From Eledone cirrhosa (lineage: Eukaryota): DNA of 64,000 nt. The notes under the pieces are model-generated. The model did no database searches. It saw only the letters and a list, made by a program, of their open reading frames with translations, and was not told the origin of the DNA. The position numbers and the translations under genes were made by a program. How positions within the stretch are numbered: the first letter of the stretch is position 1; each line of letters opens with the position of its first letter. This document shows, in pieces, positions 38,742 through 51,568 of the stretch. The stretch lies in the NCBI GenBank assembly GCA_964016885.1, contig OZ024755.1:27156001-27220000 (forward strand). Reading direction: 5' to 3'.

Positions 38742-39785
38742 GTGAGTTGGATTGGTTAGCTTTTGATGTCACTATGTTGGAGAGTAAACCTAATAGTAAA
38801 AAAACAAAATTTGTTTTCGCTCTCAGGTGGATTGGCAGTATCGGTAGAGGGCCGGACGCCATGTTTTGCAGCAAAGAGTTACGGCCCTTGCTATTCTGAG
38901 TTCAAATCCCGCCGAGGTTAACTTTGCCTTTCATCCTTACGGGGTCAATAAAATAAAGTACCAGTAATACACTGGGATAATTGCTGGCCTTGTGCGAAAA
39001 GTAGAAACAAATATTATTAATATTTGGTTTAGGACGGTGGATTGGCAGAATCGGTAGAGCGTCGGACAATATGCTTCGCGGCATAGGGTTATGACCTTTT
39101 ACGTCCCAAGTTCAAATCTTGCCATGGTCAGCATTGCCTTTCATTCTTACGGGGTCAATAAGTAAAGCACCAGTAATGCACTGGGGTCAATTTAATTGAC
39201 TTTGCCCTCTTCCCAAATTGCTGGTCTTGTGTCTATAATAGAAACAATTATTAATATTCGGTTTGTTTGCAAGCAAACAGCCTCATAAGCACCATGTGTT
39301 AGATGACCAATGTCAACCTTTTGTTCCAGCGGTAGCTGATAGTAAACAATCAACAATTGTTTCGGAGTGTTTGCTCCTTTTCAAGATTGTGTATTTTCAT
39401 CACTGCTACCCACTGGAACTTCTGAAAATACATAGTATTCTCAAATATATACATCTATTTATGAGGCTGTTTGCTTGCAAACAAACTGAATATTAATAAT
39501 ATTATGATGTTATTATAAGACGGTGGATTGGCAATATCAGTAGATACTGTGAACAGGGTATGGTGCGGCCAACTGGCCTGTCCCTCCTCAAAAGGGTGCC
39601 ATCCAGTTCCACACTGTAAATGTGATTTGTGTTAGGAAGGGCATCCAGCTGTAAAAATCCCGCTCAAAATTTCACAGTTCTGTCTGAGCAAGGTATGGCG
39701 TAGCCATTCTGGCAGATTTGTCTCATGATGTAGATGACCCATCTAACCCATGCAAGCATGGAAGATGGACATTAAACAGTGATGA

Positions 39786-39827
<42 letters not shown>

Positions 39828-41321
39828 TCATCAACATCATCATCACTGTTTAATGTCCATTTTCCATGCTTGCATGCTTATACACTCGAGTAAAAAAAAC
39901 TTTTCTTCCTAAATATAAATAAATATAATAAACTATTCTAGAGAAATATACTGAAAGCTCTTAAAAGAAGAAAATATTTTTTATTTTTTATTGTTTGATA
40001 GTTTCTCCTATTTTCGAAAATTTATCTTTTGAAAGTTTCTGTTTATTTCTCTTATGGATATAAAATTAAGTTAAATATACGTAGAAAATTTCTATACTAA
40101 ATCTATTAAACATATTATTATTTTGAAATTATAACTTGAAATATTCTATAATATTTTAAAGTTATATTGTTTTTAAAGTTATATTGCTTATAATTATATT
40201 TCCAAATTGTAATATAATTCTTTTGTATTTTATGTACTTCAATTATACTATGTACTGTATTTATATATACTTCTCTCTATATATGTGTGTATATATATGT
40301 GTATGTGTGTATTGATATACATGTACATATGTTTTATGCATGTATGTCTATCTGTATGTATATATATATACGTGATGCGTATCTACTTATTTGTGTGGGT
40401 ACATATATGTATGTATATGTGGTAATTCTGTATGTATATGTACGTGTATATCCATACAATTCGATTGCACTTATTTATAGGGATTATCCCAAGATTTGTG
40501 ACAAATAGACATATAATAACAGTCATAACTACATAACAGGTAATCTTATATTAAAAAAATGTGTTTAATAACATAAAGTGTGTATAACATAAAATTTCCT
40601 TTAATATCTTAACAATTGTAACATTGATATAACTAAATAACGTAATTTTCCTTCACGCTGCTTTGATATTACATTGAAATGACTTTCTCTGATTTTATAA
40701 GACTCCTATATCTTAAATTAAAGAATCCTTTATATTTTATATGTATATATTATATACATAGATATGTATATATATTTTTATACATGTGTATATATATTTA
40801 TATGTATGTATTTTTGCGTGTGTATACGTGTTATATAATATATAGATCTTTAACAATATAGTCTTAATAATAATATATAGATTCCTTAATATATAGATCC
40901 CAATTTTTAAAATATTGATCTCAATATTTAACTGATTAACTAAACATTTAATCATATTTAAACAATGGTTAAATTTCTCATATTATATATGTATATTCCA
41001 TTCATGATTATTAACATTTCTAATTTTATTTATTCATTCCATCTCAAATGTTAAGATAACTCAACAAGATATGACTTAGAGTTTTTCGTTCTCTCTCCTT
41101 TCTCTGTCTCCTCTCTCTCTCTATCTTTTTCTCTCTGTTGTTCTGCTCTTTCTCTCTCTTTCTTTTTCTCCGTAACCCAACGGCTTATTTAAAAATATCC
41201 AATACTAACTTACCTAATAATATAATTAAAGTTATAACCCCACTATCCGGGAGCTTCCAACAGTAATGGTTGCATTCTTTAAGGGTATGTCAATATTTAT
41301 TTATAAAACTGCTCTATATTA

Positions 41322-41386
41322 TATTTTATCTGATGAAAGCACACTATAATTTAATTTGGTGTCCTTGAAATATGTATAATGAAATA
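41322..41386 (+). ncRNA. Hammerhead ribozyme motif, same family as 20045-20104
   Basis: TATTTTAT-CTGATGA-AAGCACAC...GTGTCCTT-GAAA-TATGTAT-A-ATGAAATA; flanks are also homologous. Confidence 0.62.
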
Positions 41387-41498
41387 AATATGGTTTTATA
41401 AATATAGTTTCCATTTGTTAATATCGTATATATATATATAGATATATATATATATTTATTTATATTTATTTATTTCCTATTTATTCTTTTTATCCAAG

Positions 41499-41559
41499 CC
41501 ATTTCCTGAATGTGATTCCAGCATTGTCTATGTGAAAACTCCAGAAAAACATTATAACA
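41499..41559 (+). CDS. WDFY3: WDFY3 short coding exon (PFPECDSSIVYVKTPEKHYN)
   Basis: ccaag acceptor after a T-rich tract, A|gtaagt donor; needed to bridge phase 0 to phase 1. Confidence 0.78.
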
Positions 41560-41689
41560 GTAAGTAGTTGAAGAACTGAGAAAGTCTGCCATTTCCCTAT
41601 TTACCACTTCTCACAGTGGCAGTTATCCTCCTGGTAGATATAATCAAGTCCACATGCACTGACCATCTCTTCCATTCACTCACATACCC

Positions 41690-42070
41690 GCTCTTTCATT
41701 CACCCACTCACTCTCTCACTCGCTCTCTCACTCACCCACTCTCTCACTCACCCACTCTCTCACTCACCCACTCTTTCACTCTCTCGCTCACCCACTCTTT
41801 CACTCTTTCGCTCACCCACTCTTTCACTCTTTCACTCACCCACTCTTTCACTCTCTCGCTCACCCACTCTTTCACTCTCTCGCTCACCCACTCTTTCACT
41901 CTCTCGCTCACCCACTCTTTCCCTCTCTCGCTCACCCACTCTTTCACTCTCTCGCTCACCCACTCTTTCACTCTCTCGCTCACCCACTCTTTCACTCTCT
42001 CGCTCACCCACTCTTTCACTCTCTTGCTCACCCACTCTTTCACTCTCTCGCTCTCTCACTCATCCACTCC
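41690..42070. repeat. Pyrimidine-rich minisatellite, 24-bp unit
   Basis: cactctctcgctcacccactcttt. Confidence 0.9.
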
Positions 42071-42412
42071 CACACCCACCCTCTCTCGCTTACCTATCAC
42101 TCATTCGCCCTTTCATTTTTGTAAAATCACAAATTTTACACTGAGACTTGTTATTTCTGTTGACAACTGAAATAATGTCCCAGGAACCTCCATTTTCTGC
42201 TAATATTTCAAATAATAAACTGGAATCCTCAATTTTCTGCTAATATCTCAAATAACAAACTGGGATCCTCCATTTTCTGCTAATATCACAAATAACAAAC
42301 TGGGACCATTAATGTTTTGCTAACATTTCATATTTCACACTGTAATACTGACATTTATTCAATTTATCATACATATCAATCTTTATATTTTACTCTCCAA
42401 AATTACTTGCAG

Positions 42413-42534
42413 ATTTCCTCACTGGTCATGCAGCAAGAAAATTTGTGATTGACTTTTTACGAACAATTGTTGTAGACAGTTTCTCTCAACCAAACACAAA
42501 TAGATCTAATACTGTTGTTGATCTTGTTTTAGAA
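42413..42534 (+). CDS. WDFY3: WDFY3 coding exon (FLTGHAARKFVIDFLRTIVVDS...DLVLE)
   Basis: ttgcag acceptor, GAA|gtaagt donor. Confidence 0.9.
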
Positions 42535-42924
42535 GTAAGTATAACTATTTTAGTAAAGTCCGTTAAGTGGGGGAGAATCAGAGTTGTATATCTTACTTGG
42601 CACACAACACAATACATGAAGAGATATTTGAATTCTTAATAATTGTTTCTACTTTGGAACAAGGCCAACAATTACCCAGTACATTACTGGTACTTTATTT
42701 TATCGACCCCGTAAGGATGAAAGGCAAAGACAACCTCGGCGGGATTTGAACTCAGACCGTAAAGGGACGTAACTATGCTGGAAAGCATGGCGTCCGACTC
42801 TTTACCGATACTGCCAATTCACCATAATTAATAATGTGATCACATCTGTACCACGAAAGTTGAGTATCAGTAGAGGGTTGGACACCATGCTTTGTAGCAT
42901 AGAGTTACGGTCCTTTTACGGTAA

Positions 42925-43732
42925 AAACCCAGCATCCACATACTCCCTCCACAACACTAATATCAAGAATTTTTCTTGTGAACGTGACCTTGGCATTACG
43001 GCCAGCAGCGATTTGCGTTGGACGAAGCACGTCTCTAAAATTGTCAAGAAGGCCGAGGGTGTCGTAGCATCACTCAGCAAGACCTTTGTCAACCACTCTC
43101 CATCTATCTATTTAAAGCTATATATAGCTATGGTGCGGCCACACTTAGAATTTGCATCACCAGTCTGGAACCCCTATCTTGCTCAGAACATTGACCGCCT
43201 GGAAACTGTTCAGAGACGTGCAACCAAGCGAATACCTTCCATCAGGCATCTACCATACTCTGAACGCCTTGCTTCCCTGGGCATGGATACATTGAAGCTC
43301 CGATGTCTGGCCACTAGCTTGGTAGACACCCACAAAATTATTAACCATCTTGCCAACAACAACCCTGAGTACCTTTTTCATTTCCATGTGTCTAACACAT
43401 GTGGGCATGCCCACAAAGTCAGAAAACAGCACAGCTCCCATGACTTTCGGAAACATTTTTTCACGCTGCATGGAACAAACTACCTACATCAGTTGTTAGC
43501 TGTCGAGACACTGCATCCTTTAAAACCTCCATGCTTCGGAGATTCGCCAACACTACACCTGATATTCCTCCTCCATACACACGCACACATGTATATCATG
43601 ACTCATACACTATTCACCTTCCTGACATTTGTACATTATTCTATGTACTATACATGCACCTTTGATGAGTTGTAGTGCACCTGAGCACTGTACACAATAA
43701 TTTCATTATTATATTATTATTATTATTATTAT
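42925..43732 (+). mobile_element. CR1/L2-group LINE 3' end with a (TAT)n tail
   Basis: ERDLGI...LYIAMVRPHLEFASPVWNPYL...LETVQRRATK; same 3' end at 26365-26720(-), 49032-49220 and 57190-57241. Confidence 0.82.
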
Positions 43733-43795
43733 ATTTCTTTTTATACAACAGTGAATAAAAGTTACTATTTTGTAATATTCTTTTCTTTTCTCCAG

Positions 43796-43997
43796 GCAAT
43801 GCCTGAACATGCCTTAAGGGCTCAGCAGCGAGAATATCAGACTGAGATTATCAAAACTCTGATGGACCATCTTCTGGCTGCGGACGTACTCCTTGGAGAG
43901 CAAGCTGCCTTACCCATAGCACTGGGAGGAAGCTATGTTAATATGGCCAACAATGTCTTCTATTTTGCTAGTCGTGTAGTTGATAAATTGTGGCAGG
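43796..43997 (+). CDS. WDFY3: WDFY3 coding exon (AMPEHA...LMDHLLAADVLLGE...NVFYFASRVVDKLWQ)
   Basis: tccag acceptor, G|gtgagt donor. Confidence 0.94.
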
Positions 43998-44071
43998 GTG
44001 AGTAACATCATTTCATTGTTGTTGTTATTGCTAGGATGGTTGTTATTTCTTGTATTTTTTTATAAACCTTA

Positions 44072-44712
44072 TATAAACCATCAATATAAACTGTATTTCT
44101 TATAAACCATATATTTTACCATCAATATAAACTGTATTTCTTATAAACCATATATTTTACCATCAATATAAACTGTATTTTTTATAAATCATATAATTTA
44201 CCATCAATATAAACTGTATTTCTTATAAACCTTATAATTTACCATCAATATAAACTGTATTTCTTATAAACCATATAATTTACCATCAATATAAACTGTA
44301 TTTTTTATAAATCATATAATTTACCATCAATATAAACTGTATTTCTTATAAACCATATATTTTACCATCAATATAAACTGTATTTCTTATAAACCATATA
44401 TTTTACCATCAATATAAACTATTTCTTATAAATCATATAATTTACCATCAATATAAACTGTATTTCTTATAAACCTTATATTTTACCATCAATATAAACT
44501 GTATTTCTTATAAACCATATAATTTACCATCAATATAAACTGTATTTCTTATAAATCATATAATTTACCATCAATATAAACTGTATTTCTTATAAACCTT
44601 ATATTTTACCATCAATATAAACTGTATTATCTATAAACCTTATATTTTACTATCAATATAAACTGTATTTCTTATAAACCATATATTTTACTATCAATAT
44701 AAACTGTATTTT
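44072..44712. repeat. Minisatellite, 41-bp unit, about 15 copies
   Basis: ataaaccatatattttaccatcaatataaactgtatttctt. Confidence 0.93.
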
Positions 44713-44727
44713 TTTCTGTATTTGTAG

Positions 44728-44799
44728 GTGTTTTCACTCGAGAATCCAAAGAGGTTTTTGAGTTTGTGAGTAAATTGATTTCCCAAGCTAAGAGGAAGG
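44728..44799 (+). CDS. WDFY3: WDFY3 coding exon (VFTRESKEVFEFVSKLISQAKRK)
   Basis: tgtag acceptor, G|gtaagc donor. Confidence 0.9.
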
Positions 44800-45542
44800 G
44801 TAAGCAGCTTGATCTTTCTGAAATATAGTTTTTATATATGAATGGCTTGAATGGTTTGGATATTCTGTTTATGTGTGACACAAGAAACAAAATCATCCAG
44901 TCCACCTTGTCAGGTGGTTATGCTGGTGACATGACAAAAAGCACCCAGGTTATGCTGGTGAAATGACAAAAAGTAACCTGGGACACCCTGTAAGATAGTT
45001 TTGCTGGTGAGATGACAAAATGCATCCTGTCCACTCTGAAGGTGGTCATGTTAGTGACATGACAAAAAACACCCAGTCTACTCTGTAAAGGGAGTCGTGC
45101 TGGTGATATGATAAAAAGTACCCTGTTCACCCTGTGAGCTGATGATGTTAGTGGCATGACAAAAAGCATCCAATCCACTCTGTAATGTGGTTGTGTTGGT
45201 GACCCAACAAAAAGTACCCAATTCACCTTATAAAGTGATTGTCATTAATAAGAGCATCCAGACACAGAAAACCAAGCCAAAAATGGATTGTATAAGCAAG
45301 ATGTTGTTACTTGTTTTGTCTGGCCTCATAACAGGGCAACCCGTCTAACCCATGTAAGCATGGAAAATAGACATTAAATGGTGATGATGATGATGATTGT
45401 GTGTGTGAAACTTGGCAGTTTTATATTTACTGCTCATATTTTCAAAAAAACCTATATCAATTCTTTTTTCCTTTTCATCTTTCTTGCATACTTATTTAAA
45501 TCTATTTATTTGTTCTATAATCTCATCATTTCTATATGACAG

Positions 45543-45768
45543 CATCAGGACTTTCATTGGATTCCATCTACCGATGCTTGAACCGAACTATACTATTTCA
45601 GTTATCACGTACCATCGACAACGTAGCTGCTCAAACTAGTGTGTTAGATGCCCTCCACAAACTTACCAATAATCGAAGTCTCGTGTTTGGAGTCAGCAAT
45701 GTCGATCAAGAATTTCTAGGTTGCCTAAGTTACTGTCTTTTACAACTGACTGATGATCCAGTTCAAAG
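45543..45768 (+). CDS. WDFY3: WDFY3 coding exon (SGLSLDSIYRCLNRTILFQLSR...EFLGCLSYCLLQL)
   Basis: gacag acceptor, AG|gtattt donor. Confidence 0.92.
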
Positions 45769-45974
45769 GTATTTAATTTCTTCATTAGTTAGACATTAGT
45801 ATGTATACCACCATCATCACTGTTTAATGTCCATTTTCCATGCTAGTATGAGTTAGATGGGTTGTCCTGTTTGAGGCAAGTTGAGGTCAGTTGACCCCAT
45901 CTTGCTCATACAGAACTGATTTTGGCTTGGTTTCTACAGCTGGATCCCTTCCTAATGCCAACCACATTTGCAGT

Positions 45975-46180
45975 GATATATATATGTAAAAGGTAAACAG
46001 AAATAATGACACAATCAGTACAGTATATCAGAAGGAATATATTAGATTAACGCATAAAATAGCAGGAAGAGGGTCTTAACGTTTTGGACACTAGTCCTTG
46101 ATCAGAAGAAAGAATGAGAAATTAGAAAGATTGAAGGGACGGGTGGGGTGGAATTTGAAAAAATATTTTTAGAGAAAAAA
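45975..46180 (-). mobile_element. Penelope-like pLTR remnant with a mutated hammerhead; homologous copy at ~53935-54125(+)
   Basis: tcttCTGATCAaggactagtgtccAAAAcgttaaga; about 190 bp shared between the two copies. Confidence 0.5.
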
Positions 46181-46340
46181 ATATATATAGAGAGAGAAAT
46201 TTACACTGATTTGCAGTACACTGTACACGTATACTTATATATTTATATGTATAGAGATCCTATCTCTATATCCACTCTGCATCTCCCCATGCTTTGAGTA
46301 CTCCCATGATTAATGGTCTCCTTAGTCTCGGCACCACAGA

Positions 46341-46372
<32 letters not shown>

Positions 46373-46940
46373 TTATATATATATATATATTTATATATAT
46401 ACACACACACACACTCTGTTCCTTATATAATAATGTATGGAGTGCCAGTGTCATGAAGTGCACCCCATGCCCACTGTAAAGTTGTAGTGGTGGTGTCATA
46501 ATAACATCCACCCAGTTACTGCTGTAAAGTTGGAGCATGATACAATGTATCCAGTACATGCTGTAAATTGTTGGCATTAGGAACGGCATCCTCCAGCCAT
46601 AGAAACCATGCCAAGCTGGAGCTTGGAGCAGGGTGTAGCCATCTTAGTTGTCTAGTCTCAGACTGTGACAACACATCCAACCAATAGACATAAAACAGTG
46701 ATGGTGGTGGTGGTGAGGGTGATGGTTGTGGTGGTGGTGGTGTTGATGGTGATGGTGGTGTTGATGGTGGTGTTGATGGTGATGGTTGTGGCGGTGGTGT
46801 TGATGGTGATGGTCGTGGTTGTGGTGGTGGTGGTGATGTAGTTTAACACCATCCAAATCAACACAACACCATCATTTCCATGAGATTGGTAACCTTAATT
46901 TTTAATCATCTCTAAATATATAATCCCTTATTTCTTCTAG

Positions 46941-47127
46941 TGGTATTAACTTGAATGAAACTCGTCCACGAGTTACCACATGGCATGTTGACACTCTACT
47001 ACTAGACGAAGACATGATTCCACCTATGAATCACATGACCAAAAGCACAAGTCTGCATGAAGGGCTCTTTTTGGTCGCCTCTGCTGCTAAAAGAGTTTGG
47101 GAAGAACTATACGTCTGCAAAAAGCCG
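46941..47127 (+). CDS. WDFY3: WDFY3 coding exon (GINLNETRPRVTTWHV...AAKRVWEELYVCKKP)
   Basis: ttctag acceptor, CCG|gtaagt donor. Confidence 0.9.
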
Positions 47128-48022
47128 GTAAGTGAAAACATCTACTTCTTCCTTTTATATTTTTATCCAGTTTAGAATAGGTATAACATATCCCAGCGTG
47201 TCATAAGAAGTGCTTAAAAATGTTAGTGTGAGGCAGGGCATGTAGGAATTGTGATTTAGAGTGGTTGGGAAGCATATATATATATATATATATATATAAT
47301 GTATAAAAATGAACACACAAAGAAATGTGTTTTGAATTACATGGGGTGAAAACCACTTTGGTGCAATGCATATAATCTACTTATAAACGGAAAATACGTA
47401 ATAACCGGAAAAAGTGAATTAAAATGTACTAACCATTTCAATAACTATTAAACTCCTGGACAAACTATATATATATATGTGTGTGTGTGTGTGTCTGATG
47501 GTAGCTAAGGTGCTTCCATAGGCGGTATGCCAGTTGAGCACTCTATGCTCTTACAGGGCAGAGTATGATAGAATAGAAAACGAAAAATCAGTGATGCATC
47601 TGAACTCAATTTATTGTGTGTTACAATTGTTTCGCCGGCGGAAAGCTTGAGACGCGATCATTGTGTGGATCTGTCTCATTCTGGAGCCACAGGTTCGACG
47701 GACATGCCTAATGAGAGAATATGCTCCGAAATCATTAGACGTGTCTGTCGAACCTGCGGGTCCAGAATCAGACAGATCCACACAATGATCGCGTCTCGAT
47801 ATTTATATATATATATATCATTTTCATCATCATTTCATTTCACGTCCGCTTTTCCCTGCTTGCAAGGGTGGGACGGGAACTGATTCTGGCTTGATTTCTA
47901 ATACCAACCTCATTTTAATAACATTCGATTCGTTTTCAATTATGCAACCAAGCCTCAATTTTAAAGCCATGTCAGTAGAATGAACACTTCATTCTTGCTC
48001 TTGTGTTGGCATGCGAACAGAA

Positions 48023-48066
48023 CTGCAGACACTAATGTTTCTTGGTATCACCCTTCATCAGTACAG
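48023..48066 (-). ncRNA. Hammerhead ribozyme motif in a hairpin loop
   Basis: Minus strand CTGTA-CTGATGA-AGGGTGATACCAA-GAAA-CATTAGTG-TC-TGCAG; GUC triplet, stems I and III form, stem II base imperfect. Confidence 0.55.
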
Positions 48067-48404
48067 CATTCAGAGCAAGAATGAAGGGTTCATTCTACTG
48101 ACATGGCTATAAAATTGAGGCTTGTTTGCATAATTGCAAACGAATCAAATGTTATTATTAATATTCCAAAAACTCAGATTACATTTATTGTATTCAGCCA
48201 TGTAGAGCGAAAGTTTCTTTTTTCTTTTTTATACATATATAAAGAATAATAAACACCATATATATGTGTGTGTGTATCTATATGTAGTTGATGGCTGAGA
48301 GAAAAAAGAGAAGTCAGTACTGAAGTAGAGTTTAAATATTCCTTTATTATGGCTAAGTTATGTCTTGTTACTTTGATTTTTCACCTGTACACTCTCGGTG
48401 TCAT

Positions 48405-48443
48405 CTGATGATCCTGAGAATGTACAGGTGAAACTCCAGAGTA
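48405..48443 (+). ncRNA. Hammerhead-like core at a hairpin apex
   Basis: CTGATGA-TCCTG...CAGGT-GAAA-CTCCAGAG-TA (GUA triplet); stem I is poor. Confidence 0.45.
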
Positions 48444-48636
48444 ACAGGACTCACTACTTAGCCATAATAAGTGAATATTTAAACTCTGCTTCAGTACTAA
48501 CTTCTCTTTGTTCTCATCCATCAACCAAACACCCTCTATAATAGTTCACACACATGTTTTTCTCTCTCGTATATAAAATACATTGCAATACAAGTTACTT
48601 AATGAGAAACTTACATGCTGAATTATTTATTTGAAG

Positions 48637-48725
48637 GTTTTGGAAGAAATATTTCGAACTCAGCTGAATACAATTGATTTATCAGATTCCTCCAAGATTA
48701 CATCTCCTGATCTGGCTACAGTAAG
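48637..48725 (+). CDS. WDFY3: WDFY3 coding exon (VLEEIFRTQLNTIDLSDSSKITSPDLATVR)
   Basis: tgaag acceptor; donor AG|gtaaat chosen for phase 2 (a competing GT sits at 48721). Confidence 0.82.
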
Positions 48726-48820
48726 GTAAATGGTGTTTCTTTAGTAATAAAAAGAATAGATTTTCCATCCTTTCTACACTAAATATGATACCATTAACTT
48801 AATCAGTGATGGTTTTTCTT

Positions 48821-49252
48821 TTAACCCCTTAATATTTAAACCGGCCATATCTGGTCAGAATTTTCTCACCTCATTTTGTTCAAACCGGCCATAACTGGCT
48901 GCTCGTACTTATGTGCTCAAAATAAATAATAGCTTTTGTGCTCAAAATAAATAATAGAAAATTCTCATAGATTCGATATTATATGGGATAATTATGTGAG
49001 ATAAAGTGTTTACCGTGAAAATACAATAGTCAAATTCACCAACACTACACCTGTTATTCCACCTCCATTCACACACATGCACCCATATATCTGTGTGTAT
49101 ATCATGACTTGTACTCTATTCACTTTCCTGACATTTTTACATTCTATGTACTATACATGTACCTTTGATGAGTTGTAGTGCACCTGAGCACTGTACACAA
49201 TAATTTCATTATTATTATTAAATACAGAGTAATGTAAATGATAAAGGGTTAA
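48821..49252 (-). mobile_element. piggyBac-type MITE interrupted by a CR1/L2-type LINE 3' end (49032-49220)
   Basis: MITE sequence resumes after a (TAT)n tail. Confidence 0.7.
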
Positions 49253-49493
49253 TGTGGAAAGCATTTAAAAATCTTCTGAAAAGCTTTTACTTTCCTACAC
49301 CTTCAAATGTATTACATTGTTGTGTATCTTCTTAGTTATCTCATCACTGGTTTGGAGAGTTCGACAAAGTCTATGTAAAGACTATAGAATAGAAAATATA
49401 ATATTGTCCAGTTATATACATATTTTTGTAGGAGATGGTCTTGTATAACTGCTGTTGTAGAAATATGTATTTATACATTTCTAATATTTACAG

Positions 49494-49599
49494 GCCTCTG
49501 ATTCTGGAGTCAGCTTCAAGGATCTGGGTGTCCTATGCTGAATTAGAAAGACGCTCAGTCTATATGCATACTGACCGGTTACAAACTCAAATCCAATCA
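49494..49599 (+). CDS. WDFY3: WDFY3 coding exon (PLILESASRIWVSYAELERR...QIQS)
   Basis: tacag acceptor, TCA|gtaagt donor. Confidence 0.87.
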
Positions 49600-50369
49600 G
49601 TAAGTTTAATTAATATACATATTGAAATTGTGTTTCCATGCTCATTTTTTTTTAAATTATTATTTTCACAGGTTGTTTCTTATATCATTTTATCTATATA
49701 TAAATGTCTGCAATTCTGTCACCACATGTAAAGAGAGAGTAGTAGTTTGACTACCTCATACTACTCCTTTCTCTTTACGTCTGCTGCCTGCACGAATGTA
49801 TGTATGTGTGTGTAAAAGGAAGGAAGGGGACGGTGAAAAAACTACGATGTGTGTTTGTGTACGTGTAGGTGTGTATTTGTGTAAATGTGTGTGTTTGTGT
49901 GAATGTATGTGTGTGTTTGTGTAAATGTATGTGTGTGAATGTGTGTGTGTTTGTGAATGTATGTCTGAGTGTGTATTTTTGAGTGTCTGTGTTTGCGCAT
50001 TTATATTTATATACGCATACATATAAATGTATACACACACACACATGCACACATATACACATGCACACATATACACATACATGTCATCGTATGGAAAAAT
50101 ATTCTATTTGTAAAAAAAGGGCCCTTAACTCCTGATGGAGTCGTAGCAGTGCCATTCTGACACAGTCCTTCCCACTCCAAGTTGAAACTGCAGCAGATTT
50201 CTTCTAAAGAAAAAGAGTGAGGGAAGAAATGATAGAGAGAGTGAAGGAGGAAGAATCAACCCCCAGTACTTAACTGGTTTCATCAAACTTGAAAAGAAGA
50301 AAGGCGAAGTTGATCTCAGCAGAGCTTGAAATCAAAATGATGCGAGTCAGAACAAATACCAAAGCCTTT

Positions 50370-51044
50370 TTAACCCATTAGCATTTAAACCGGCCATAAC
50401 CGGCCATAATTTTCTCACCTCTCTCTGTTGAAACCAGCCGTAACTGGTTGCTGATACTTATGTTAAGGTATTGTTCTCAAAATAAATAACATCAAAATCA
50501 CGTTGATTCAATATTCTGTGAGATAATTATATAAGATAAAACCTTTACCACAAAAATGCAATAGTATATATAGAGTAATCATCATCATCATCACCGTTTT
50601 ACGTCCGTTCTTCCACGCTAGCATGGGTTAGACGGGTTGTCCTGTTGTGGGCAGTGTCTGGTCGGCTGAACATGCCTTGCTCATACAGGAACTGATTTGG
50701 CTTGATTTCTACAGCTGGATGCCCTTCCTAACACCAACCTCATTTACAGTGAGTGGTGGGTGCTTTTTCCGTGGCGCCTACACGTCCACTTTACAGTGTG
50801 GGCTGGGTGCTTTTTTGTGGCGCCTACACGTCCACTTTACAGTGAGTGCTGGGTGCTTTTTCGTGGCGCCTACACGTCCACTTTACAGTGTGGGCTGGGT
50901 GCTTTTTTGCCGTGGCACCTCCACGACCACCTTGCAGTGGGGGGTGTGGGGGCATATTGTCTATATGCTTCAGCTTGTACCCATGGGAGGTCGGGTACTC
51001 TGTATTACTGCGTGACGCCAGTAATGTAAATGCTAAAGGGTTAA
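50370..51044 (-). mobile_element. piggyBac-type MITE interrupted by SINE family A (50580-51019)
   Basis: MITE halves flank the SINE, with agtaat duplicated on both sides. Confidence 0.7.
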
Positions 51045-51403
51045 GTCAAAGCCCTAACGATTCTGCCAATTTGCTTCCTATACATATTTTATTGTACTGT
51101 TCAGGAAAAGCATCCATCTGTAGAAAGCTTGCCCAACAAAGGGTTGGACGGATCCCTCAGTTGTGTCAAAGACATGGTATCCTCTCATCTGCACTCAGTA
51201 GAACTTGAGGTAACAGACTCCTAGCCTGTCTGGGAGGTCAGTAGCGCTGCTTCAGTATTGTTTTGGTCTATGTAGACTTGTCCAACCCTCGCTAACAGGG
51301 AAAGTGTATCTTAAAACATTGATGATGATGATATTTACTATTATTAAACTATTATTAAACTATTATTCTGTCATGGTTCTCATTTATCTTCTTAACTGAA
51401 CAG

Positions 51404-51505
51404 AAACTACAAAAAGTCAGCAGTGGTGTACTCCGTCTTGCTTCAAGGAAAACTAAGAAAGAGCTGCCACTGAAGTCTTCTCCTGCAACTACAGTCCATT
51501 CCAGT
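51404..51505 (+). CDS. WDFY3: WDFY3 coding exon (KLQKVSSGVLRLASRKTKKE...)
   Basis: aacag acceptor, AGT|gtaagt donor. Confidence 0.86.
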
Positions 51506-51568
51506 GTAAGTAATATTGCATATTGTTTGCTTATTTTGTTGTTACATAATTACTGTCAAAATCACTGA

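Noticed and set aside
42836-43675. 279-aa ORF as a nested host gene
   Set aside because: 5'-truncated LINE ORF2 C-terminus with a frameshifted end.
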